Part shown: positions 8,692-15,948 of the stretch, piece by piece
Position numbering within the stretch: the first letter of the stretch is position 1
Layout: the number at the start of each line of letters is the position of its first letter
Source: Xylanibacter ruminicola 23
Lineage (GTDB): Bacteria; Bacteroidota; Bacteroidia; Bacteroidales; Bacteroidaceae
Direction: 5' to 3'
Assembly (NCBI RefSeq): GCF_000025925.1
Contig: NC_014033.1
Span: 960,001 to 992,000, forward strand
Length of the DNA: 32,000 nt
Translations under genes and position numbers: made by a program
Notes under the pieces: generated by a model
Seen by the model: only the letters and a program-made list of their open reading frames with translations
What the model was told of the DNA's origin: nothing
Database searches by the model: none

Positions 8692-9325
8692 ACTCAAAGT
8701 GCTGGTAATCCTTTTTGTTTTTCCATGCACCGCCCCAGCTAAAGCCGTATTTTGTGAATAGTTTGTAGCACAAATCGTTACGGGTAATCTTGTACGGGAA
8801 ATCAGCCGCGCGGTTAACATACTTCTTGGCAGTTGCAGGTTCTACAATCTGGCTGCCATCTTTTTTGCTATAGCGTACGTAGGGGTTGTATAGCGTATTG
8901 ATATCTACGGCCAAGCCACGGGCATGTTTCGACAGGTTCTTGGAACCTGAGATGTTGCGATAACAGAAACAGCTGGTGTTGTTGGCACGCATCTGGCGCT
9001 CGTCGTCGGCATCGTACACATCGGGCAGGCGCATCTGCTGGATGGGGTAGTGGGCCTTGTACAGCTCGCGGAATATGGTCAACAGCTTATCGGCTATCAA
9101 CTTGTTACAAATCATCTCGCCCACATGGGTGCGTCCTTCCAAATCTACATGCGAAATCCTCAGGTAGCGCAAGTCGCTACGCTTGATGTAAGGATTATCG
9201 TGCCAGGTTTTGCCCTGCATGGTTTGCCATACGCTATCGGGAATAGCTGTAGAGGTAAAAATCTGGCTTTGCGCACCTAAAGTGCAGCAAAGCCAGAGTA
9301 CGAATGTTGTGAGTAGTTGCTTCAT
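8678..9325 (-). CDS. Secreted M15-family (LAS-type) zinc D,D- or L,D-peptidase
   Basis: The signal peptide is MKQLLTTFVLWLCCTLGAQS. The motifs H-x6-D (SKHARGLAVDIN) and the C-terminal DYQHFE fit the VanY / M15 fold. The 3' end overlaps the convergent carboxypeptidase gene by 14 nt. Confidence 0.8.
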   Translation of the reverse strand: MKQLLTTFVLWLCCTLGAQSQIFTSTAIPDSVWQTMQGKTWHDNPYIKRSDLRYLRISHVDLEGRTHVGEMICNKLIADKLLTIFRELYKAHYPIQQMRLPDVYDADDERQMRANNTSCFCYRNISGSKNLSKHARGLAVDINTLYNPYVRYSKKDGSQIVEPATAKKYVNRAADFPYKITRNDLCYKLFTKYGFSWGGAWKNKKDYQHFEFIGR

Positions 9326-9334
9326 TTTTACGTG

Positions 9335-11521
9335 TTACATAAATGCTACGGTGAGTCCCGCCATCACAATGCTGACCATCGACATAAGCTTGATCAGGAT
9401 GTTGAGCGACGGACCACTGGTATCCTTGAAGGGATCGCCAACGGTATCGCCTACGATACAGGCCTTATGGGCAAACGAGCCCTTACCGCCAAAGGCACCC
9501 TCTTCGATATTCTTCTTAGCATTATCCCATGCGCCACCGGCATTAGCCATGAATACGGCCAAGGTAAAGCCGCCAGCCAGTCCGCCTACCAGCAGTCCGA
9601 GCACGCCGGCAACACCCAGCACGCAGCCTACGATGATAGGGATAAGGATGGCCAGAACGGATGGGATAACCATCTCGTGCTGAGCAGCACGGGTAGAGAT
9701 TTCAACACAACGACCGTAATCGGGCGTGCCTGTACCTTCGAGGATACCTGCTATCTCGCGGAACTGACGACGAACTTCCTGCACCATTTTCTCGGCAGCA
9801 CGACCCACAGCCTCCATCGTCATACCGCAGAACAGAAAGGCGGCCATCGCACCAACAAAGGCGCCCACAATCACCTTGGGGTTCATCAGGTTTACCTGGA
9901 AGAAGTTCATGAAGTCGGGGATATTGGCATCGGCAGCCGAAATCAGCTCGCCCTTTACGTTCTCCATCATCACGCCAGCGCGGGTCATCGCAATCTTTAT
10001 TTCTTCGATATAAGATGCCAGCAGCGCCAAAGCGGTGAGTGCAGCCGAACCGATGGCAAAGCCCTTACCGGTGGCAGCAGTGGTGTTACCCAGTGCATCG
10101 AGCGCGTCGGTACGGTGACGAACCTCTTCGCCTAAGCTCGACATCTCTGCGTTTCCGCCTGCGTTATCGGCAATAGGTCCGTAAGCGTCGGTAGCCAGGG
10201 TGATGCCCAGTGTAGAGAGCATACCCACGGCAGCGATACCGATACCGTAAAGACCATGAGCCAGTGATTCTGACGACATAGAGAGGTCGAATCCGTTAGC
10301 GCACAGATAGCTGAGCATGATGGCTACACCAATGGTGATAACGGGGATGCAGGTAGAAATCATACCTGTACCGATACCCTTGATGATAACCGTTGCGGCA
10401 CCTGTCTGTCCGGCTTCCGAAATCTTCTGGGTAGGCTTGTAGCTGTGCGAGGTGTAATACTCGGTAGCCTGACCGATGATAACGCCTGCTGCCAAACCTG
10501 CGATAACCGAGAACGAAAGGCCCAGCCAGTTCTGGATATCCAGCAGATACAGGATGCAGAAGGTAGCGGCGGCAATCAGGATGGCACTTACGTTGGTGCC
10601 CACCGAGAGCGAACGTAACAGATCCTTCATGGTAGCGCCCTCCTTGGTACGAACCAGGAAGATGCCCAGCAGCGAGAGGAACACGCCTACGGCAGCAATC
10701 AGCATAGGAGCGATAACCGCCTTGAGCTGAATCTCCAAGCCAGCCACACCAAAGGCAGCTGCACCCAGTGCGGCAGTAGAGAGTACCGAGCCGCAGTAGC
10801 TCTCGTACAGGTCGGCACCCATACCAGCCACGTCGCCCACGTTGTCGCCTACGTTATCGGCAATGGTAGCGGGGTTGCGCGGATCGTCCTCAGGGATATC
10901 GGCCTCAACCTTACCTACGATATCGGCACCTACGTCGGCAGCCTTGGTGTAGATACCACCGCCCACACGCGCAAACAGCGCCTGGGTTGAAGCACCCATA
11001 CCAAAGGTAAGCATCGTTGTGGTGATAGAAATTAAGCCATCGGCATCGAAGTGGTTAAGCACTACGAACCAGATGGCTATATCAAGCAAACCAAGACCAA
11101 CTACAGTGAGTCCCATAACAGCTCCCGAACGGAAGGCAATCTTTAAACCAGCATCCAGACTCTCGCGGGCGGCATTTGCGGTGCGCGCCGAAGCATAGGT
11201 TGCTGTCTTCATGCCAAAGAAACCAGCCAGACCCGAGAAGAAGCCGCCTGTAAGGAAGGCAAACGGTACCCAGGGGTTCTGAACATTCAGTCCGTAGGCC
11301 ATAAAGGCAAACAGCACGCAGAGCACCGCAAACACAATGCCTACTACCTTGTACTGCTGCTTTAGATAGGCCATAGCACCTTTGCGCACATAGAGCGCAA
11401 TTTCTTTCATTCGTGGCGTACCCTCATCGGCTTTCATCATCTGAGTGAAGAAATAGTACGCCATGCCTAATGCCACGATCGATGCGATGGGCACCAGCCA
11501 GAATACTTGAGGAATCATCAT
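9335..11521 (-). CDS. hppA: Membrane-integral pyrophosphatase, K+-dependent type (Na+ or Na+/H+ pumping subclass cannot be decided by eye)
   Basis: The protein is 728 aa and polytopic. Motifs seen: ...GGGIYTKAADVGADIVGKVE..., ...DNVGDNVGD..., ...GNTTAATGKGFAIGSAAL.... The GNTTAA form, with Ala rather than Lys, is the published K+-dependence signature. Confidence 0.95.
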   Translation of the reverse strand: MMIPQVFWLVPIASIVALGMAYYFFTQMMKADEGTPRMKEIALYVRKGAMAYLKQQYKVVGIVFAVLCVLFAFMAYGLNVQNPWVPFAFLTGGFFSGLAGFFGMKTATYASARTANAARESLDAGLKIAFRSGAVMGLTVVGLGLLDIAIWFVVLNHFDADGLISITTTMLTFGMGASTQALFARVGGGIYTKAADVGADIVGKVEADIPEDDPRNPATIADNVGDNVGDVAGMGADLYESYCGSVLSTAALGAAAFGVAGLEIQLKAVIAPMLIAAVGVFLSLLGIFLVRTKEGATMKDLLRSLSVGTNVSAILIAAATFCILYLLDIQNWLGLSFSVIAGLAAGVIIGQATEYYTSHSYKPTQKISEAGQTGAATVIIKGIGTGMISTCIPVITIGVAIMLSYLCANGFDLSMSSESLAHGLYGIGIAAVGMLSTLGITLATDAYGPIADNAGGNAEMSSLGEEVRHRTDALDALGNTTAATGKGFAIGSAALTALALLASYIEEIKIAMTRAGVMMENVKGELISAADANIPDFMNFFQVNLMNPKVIVGAFVGAMAAFLFCGMTMEAVGRAAEKMVQEVRRQFREIAGILEGTGTPDYGRCVEISTRAAQHEMVIPSVLAILIPIIVGCVLGVAGVLGLLVGGLAGGFTLAVFMANAGGAWDNAKKNIEEGAFGGKGSFAHKACIVGDTVGDPFKDTSGPSLNILIKLMSMVSIVMAGLTVAFM

Positions 11522-11569
11522 AATTAGGTTTCAGTTTTATTGGGTTGTTGTTAAGTGAACGCGCACTTA

Positions 11570-12394
11570 TTATTCCTCAGAGAAATCGATGAGCTCAGAG
11601 CTCTCCTCGTCAGAGTCGTCGCCAAGGTCCATCATTGTTGAGTAGTTGTCCTCGGTGATATCCTCGTCGTTTGGTCCATCTACCTCCTCATCTTCCTCGT
11701 CATGTGAGCTGTAGTTGTCCTCAACGATTACGTCAGAGTCGTCGTCCTCATCAAAGTCGTCGTCCTCGCCGTTACGCAACTGCATGCGCAGCTTGATCTC
11801 CTCGGGCTTCAACTTAGCAAAGATAGCCTCAACCCAGCCACCTTTGGGCACCTCGAGTACCTCGTAGCCATCCTCAACCTTCTTGTCGTACATGCCGCCT
11901 TTCTTGTGCAAGCGGTCCTTAGGCAGGGTAGTTGTAGAGATATCGAAACCGCTCTGGATAATGTCCTGAATCGACTGTGAGAGCGAATCCCAACCGCCAC
12001 CAAAGTTGCGGTCGATAACCTCGAGCAACTGGGTTGCTGAGATGTGACGGATATTCTCGTAAGTTAAATCGGTGACACGACTGATGGGGCGCTTCTTGAT
12101 GGCCCAGATGAATTTCATGTTATCGTCGAACTTAATAGTGGCCACTTTATAACCACGACCTTCGTAGCTCTTGCGGATAGGGGCAGAATCGTCGCGAAGA
12201 TCCTCGATAAAGAAGGCACTCTTAAAGATCTGGATGTAGTGCTTTACGTTTTCCTTTACTTCGGCATCCTTGCAAGCGGCCTCCCACATACGGAAGACAT
12301 CATTCTCCTGGATGTCCCAAACACTACTCTTGGTTACACTCTTAATTGATAATGACGGATTACTTTCCGGTTGTTGTTGTTTTGTTCTTGCCAT
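11570..12394 (-). CDS. Hypothetical protein with a roughly 200-aa globular region and a roughly 70-aa polyacidic C-terminal tail
   Basis: A long ORF with host-like codon usage and its own TACATTTG box upstream. The tail reads EDDDFDEDDDSDVIVEDNYSSHDEEDEEVDGPNDEDITEDNYSTMMDLGDDSDEESSELIDFSEE. I recognise no family. Confidence 0.75.
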   Translation of the reverse strand: MARTKQQQPESNPSLSIKSVTKSSVWDIQENDVFRMWEAACKDAEVKENVKHYIQIFKSAFFIEDLRDDSAPIRKSYEGRGYKVATIKFDDNMKFIWAIKKRPISRVTDLTYENIRHISATQLLEVIDRNFGGGWDSLSQSIQDIIQSGFDISTTTLPKDRLHKKGGMYDKKVEDGYEVLEVPKGGWVEAIFAKLKPEEIKLRMQLRNGEDDDFDEDDDSDVIVEDNYSSHDEEDEEVDGPNDEDITEDNYSTMMDLGDDSDEESSELIDFSEE

Positions 12395-12415
12395 ATTATT
12401 CTACTAATTTTTGTG

Positions 12416-12423
12416 CAAATGTA
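12416..12423 (-). promoter_or_regulatory. -7 promoter box TACATTTG for the acidic-tail gene (probably also hppA and M15)
   Basis: The plus strand reads CAAATGTA, 21 nt upstream of the ATG at 12394. No comparable box is seen in the 48-nt spacer before hppA. Confidence 0.5.
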
Positions 12424-12486
12424 ACCACTTTATTTTTTATTCGCAAGTTTTTGGCCATAATTTTTTGTAATTATCGCAATTTAGCG

Positions 12487-12494
12487 TAACTTTG
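12487..12494 (+). promoter_or_regulatory. -7 promoter box TAACTTTG for rarA
   Basis: Exact match. Only 9 nt (TGCCCGAAT) separate it from the ATG at 12504. The ORF-track TTG start at 12492 is part of this box. Confidence 0.55.
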
Positions 12495-12503
12495 TGCCCG
12501 AAT

Positions 12504-13778
12504 ATGGCACAACCATTAGCTGAAAGACTGCGTCCACGCACTTTAGATGAGTATATCGGACAAGAACATCTGGTGGGTGAGGGAGCTGTTCTGCGTAAAA
12601 TGATCGACGCAGGACGCATACCTTCGTTTATCCTTTGGGGCCCTCCTGGAGTGGGTAAAACCACCCTGGCCCAGATTATCGCCCACAAGTTAGAAACACC
12701 CTTCTACACGCTCTCGGCTGTAACGAGTGGTGTGAAGGATGTGCGCGAGGTGATTGAGCGCGCTCAGAAGGGCAGGTTCTTCAACGAGGCATCACCTATA
12801 TTATTTATAGACGAGATACACCGTTTCTCAAAGTCGCAGCAGGACTCGCTGCTGGGGGCTGTAGAGAAGGGTATCGTAACCCTGATTGGTGCCACCACCG
12901 AGAACCCGTCGTTCGAGGTGATACGTCCGTTGCTGTCGCGTTGTCAGCTCTATGTGCTCAAGTCGTTACAGAAGGACGATTTGCAGAAACTGCTGGAGCG
13001 CGCCATCCATACCGATGCGATTCTGAAGGAGCGAAATATCGTACTACAGGAAACCAGCGCGATGCTGAGATATAGCGGAGGTGATGCTCGTAAGTTGTTG
13101 AATATCTTAGAGTTGGTGGTTGAAGCTGAAGCAGGGGATGAAGTGGTGATTACCGACGAGAAGGTGGTGAACCGACTGCAGCAGAATCCGTTGGCTTACG
13201 ATAAGGATGGCGAGATGCACTACGATATCATCTCGGCGTTTATCAAGAGTATCCGAGGCTCCGATCCTGATGCCGCCTTGTATTGGCTGGCACGTATGAT
13301 TGAGGGCGGCGAGGACCCGCAGTTCATCGCCCGTCGACTGGTGATCAGCGCTTCTGAAGATATAGGTTTGGCCAATCCAAATGCCTTGTTGCTGGCTAAT
13401 GCCGCGTTTGATGCTGTGATGAAGATTGGTTGGCCCGAGGGTAGGATTCCTTTAGCCGAGGCTACTGTTTATCTGGCCACATCACCAAAGAGCAACAGCG
13501 CCTACTTAGGCGTTGATGCAGCACTCGACCTGGTGCGCCGAACGGGTAATCAGCCAGTGCCGCTGCCCATCCGTAATGCGCCCACACAGTTGATGAAGGA
13601 TCTGGGCTATCACGACGGCTATAAGTATCCGCACGACTTTGCTGGGCATTTTACACCGCAGCAGTATATGCCCGATGCTCTGCAAGACGAACGCATCTGG
13701 CACGGGCAGCATAATCCTACCGAAGAGAAATTATACCAACGCATGGTGAACTATTGGGGAAAAAGATACGAAGACTAA
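12504..13778 (+). CDS. rarA: Replication-associated recombination protein A (MgsA/RarA AAA+ ATPase)
   Basis: MAQPLAERLRPRTLDEYIGQEHLVG...[14 protein letters not shown]...FIDEIHRFSKSQQD...ALYWLARMIEGGEDPQFIARRL. Confidence 0.93.
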   Translation: MAQPLAERLRPRTLDEYIGQEHLVGEGAVLRKMIDAGRIPSFILWGPPGVGKTTLAQIIAHKLETPFYTLSAVTSGVKDVREVIERAQKGRFFNEASPILFIDEIHRFSKSQQDSLLGAVEKGIVTLIGATTENPSFEVIRPLLSRCQLYVLKSLQKDDLQKLLERAIHTDAILKERNIVLQETSAMLRYSGGDARKLLNILELVVEAEAGDEVVITDEKVVNRLQQNPLAYDKDGEMHYDIISAFIKSIRGSDPDAALYWLARMIEGGEDPQFIARRLVISASEDIGLANPNALLLANAAFDAVMKIGWPEGRIPLAEATVYLATSPKSNSAYLGVDAALDLVRRTGNQPVPLPIRNAPTQLMKDLGYHDGYKYPHDFAGHFTPQQYMPDALQDERIWHGQHNPTEEKLYQRMVNYWGKRYED

Positions 13779-13779
13779 A

Positions 13780-14400
13780 ATGAATATGGATCAGGAATTG
13801 ATTATCAAGTTAATAGAGTTATTAGGCACATTTGCCTTTGCAATATCCGGCATCAGGCATGCTGCTGCTAAGCGCTTCGACTGGTTTGGCGGTTATGTGT
13901 GTGGTGTGGCTGTGGCTATTGGCGGCGGTACCATCCGCGATGTCATGTTAGGCACCACACCATTCTGGATGACCAACGCTATCTATCTGATTTGTACGGC
14001 AGTAGCACTGCTTACGGTGGTGCTCTTCGGCAAATGGATGGAGCCCTTGAAGAACGCTTGGTTTGTGTTCGATACCTTGGGTTTGGCACTCTTTACGATT
14101 GCCGGAATCCAGAAGAGTTTAGCCTTCGATCAGCCTTTCTGGGTGGCTATCATCATGGGCTGTATCACCGGTTCGGCTGGTGGTGTGATTCGTGATGTGT
14201 TGCTGAACAACGAGCCCGTGATATTCCATAAGGAGATATATGCGATGGCGTGTGTGATAGGCGGTGTGGCCTATTGGGGACTTGCCGAACTGGGTGTAGC
14301 AGCCGAAATAAGCGCGGTGGTAAGCTTTATCGTTACCTGCCTGATTCGCTTCCTGGCTGTACGCTATCACCTTTCACTCCCCGTATTAAAGGAAAAATAG
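13780..14400 (+). CDS. Trimeric intracellular cation channel (TRIC / UPF0126, YadS-YicG-like) family membrane protein
   Basis: Two UPF0126 repeats carry the motifs GGGTIRDVMLG and AGGVIRDVLLN. The protein has about 7 hydrophobic helices. The gene starts 1 nt after the rarA stop. Confidence 0.85.
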   Translation: MNMDQELIIKLIELLGTFAFAISGIRHAAAKRFDWFGGYVCGVAVAIGGGTIRDVMLGTTPFWMTNAIYLICTAVALLTVVLFGKWMEPLKNAWFVFDTLGLALFTIAGIQKSLAFDQPFWVAIIMGCITGSAGGVIRDVLLNNEPVIFHKEIYAMACVIGGVAYWGLAELGVAAEISAVVSFIVTCLIRFLAVRYHLSLPVLKEK

Positions 14401-14431
14401 AAAAATAGTAAATAGTCAAATTGTCAAATAA
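14393..14431. repeat. Family A micro-repeat, copy A3 (AAAAATAG AAAAATAG TAAATAG TCAAATTG TCAAATAA)
   Basis: Read directly. The element includes the TAG stop of the TRIC-family gene (14398-14400) and ends 5 nt before the dnaB ATG. The reverse complement reads TTATTTGAC AATTTGAC TATTTAC TATTTTTC.... Confidence 0.75.
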
Positions 14432-14436
14432 ATAAG

Positions 14437-15945
14437 ATGGCAGAACAAACAAATAGACGAAGAAAGAGTAGTAACCAGCCCGTAGATCCTACCTACGGAC
14501 ACCTTCAGCCACAGGCTCTGGAGATTGAGAAGGCTGTGCTGGGTGCGCTGATGATTGATAAGGATGCCTACGCGGTAGTGTGCGAGATTCTGCGTCCTGA
14601 GAGCTTCTACGAGCCTCGTAACCAGATGGTTTATGCCGCCATACGCGACTTGAGTATGGAGGAGAAACCAGTTGATATTCTGACGGTTACCGATCAGTTG
14701 GCTAAGTCGGGAAATCTGGAGCAGGTGGGCGGTCCCGGTTATGTGGCCGAGCTGAGCTCTAATGTGGTATCATCGGCCAATATCGAGTATCACGCCAATA
14801 TCATCGCCCAGAAGTCGCTGGCCCGTCAGCTCATCTCGTTCTCGAGCATGATTCAGACCAAGGCTTTCGACGAGACGATTGATGTTGAGGACCTGATGCA
14901 GGAGGCCGAGGGTTCGCTCTTCGAGTTGTCGCAGCACAACATGAAGAAGGACTATACCTCGATCGACCCCGTTATCTCGCTGGCTGTAAAGGGTATCCAG
15001 GATGCCGCTAAGAACACCGACGGTTTGACGGGTGTTTCAACCGGTTACTTTAAGCTCGACGACCTGACCAGTGGATGGCAGGCTTCCGACTTGGTGATTA
15101 TCGCCGGACGTCCTGCGATGGGTAAGACATCGTTTGCCCTCTCGATGGCCAAGAATATTGCCGCCGATATCCGTACACCTATGGCTTTCTTCTCGTTAGA
15201 GATGTCGAACGTTCAGTTGGTAAACCGATTGATCTCGAATGCCTGTGAGATTCAGGGGTCGAAGATTCTGAACGGACAGCTGCAACGTGACGAGTGGGAG
15301 CGACTGGATAAGAACATCAACAAGCTGTTGGGCGCACCGCTGTATATCGACGATACCCCAGGTCTTTCGGTATTCGAGTTGCGTACCAAGGCCCGTCGAC
15401 TGGTTCGTGAGCATGGTGTGAAGCTGATTATGATCGACTACCTGCAGCTGATGAATGCCAACGGTATGCGATTCAGCAGCCGACAGGAAGAGGTGTCAAC
15501 CATCTCTCGTTCGCTCAAGGGTTTGGCTAAGGAGTTGAATATTCCCATCCTGGCACTGAGTCAGCTGAACCGTGGTGTTGAGAGCCGTGAGGGATTGGAA
15601 GGAAAGCGCCCACAGCTGAGCGACCTGCGTGAGTCGGGAGCCATCGAGCAGGATGCCGACATGGTACTGTTCGTACACCGTCCTGAGTACTATCATATCT
15701 ATCAGGATGATAACGGACGCGACCTGCATGGTATGGCGCAGATTATTATTGCTAAACACCGTAAGGGTGCTACGGGCGACGTGCTGCTTACCTTCCGTGG
15801 TGAGTACACCCGTTTCGAGAATCCCGAGGATAAAGCTATCGAGAACCGTGCCCCAATGGGAGGCGGCGAGATATTGGGATCAAAAATAAACGGAGACAAC
15901 CCACCGTTGCCTCCGTCAGATCCAAACGAACCGTTACCTTTCTAA
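14437..15945 (+). CDS. dnaB: Replicative DNA helicase DnaB with a 38-aa C-terminal extension
   Basis: ...PQALEIEKAVLGALM..., Walker A GRPAMGKTSFAL, IDYLQLM, SQLNRGVESR and DLRESGAIEQDADMV. The tail after TRFENPE ends ...PPLPPSDPNEPLPF. Confidence 0.96.
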   Translation: MAEQTNRRRKSSNQPVDPTYGHLQPQALEIEKAVLGALMIDKDAYAVVCEILRPESFYEPRNQMVYAAIRDLSMEEKPVDILTVTDQLAKSGNLEQVGGPGYVAELSSNVVSSANIEYHANIIAQKSLARQLISFSSMIQTKAFDETIDVEDLMQEAEGSLFELSQHNMKKDYTSIDPVISLAVKGIQDAAKNTDGLTGVSTGYFKLDDLTSGWQASDLVIIAGRPAMGKTSFALSMAKNIAADIRTPMAFFSLEMSNVQLVNRLISNACEIQGSKILNGQLQRDEWERLDKNINKLLGAPLYIDDTPGLSVFELRTKARRLVREHGVKLIMIDYLQLMNANGMRFSSRQEEVSTISRSLKGLAKELNIPILALSQLNRGVESREGLEGKRPQLSDLRESGAIEQDADMVLFVHRPEYYHIYQDDNGRDLHGMAQIIIAKHRKGATGDVLLTFRGEYTRFENPEDKAIENRAPMGGGEILGSKINGDNPPLPPSDPNEPLPF

Positions 15946-15948
15946 CGG

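Noticed and set aside
12377-12394. The acidic-tail protein begins MARTKQ, which is identical to the start of eukaryotic histone H3 (a possible histone-tail mimic).
   Set aside because: Only five residues after the Met match, and the similarity stops immediately (QQPESN versus TARKST). The protein has no export signal. This is most simply a coincidence.
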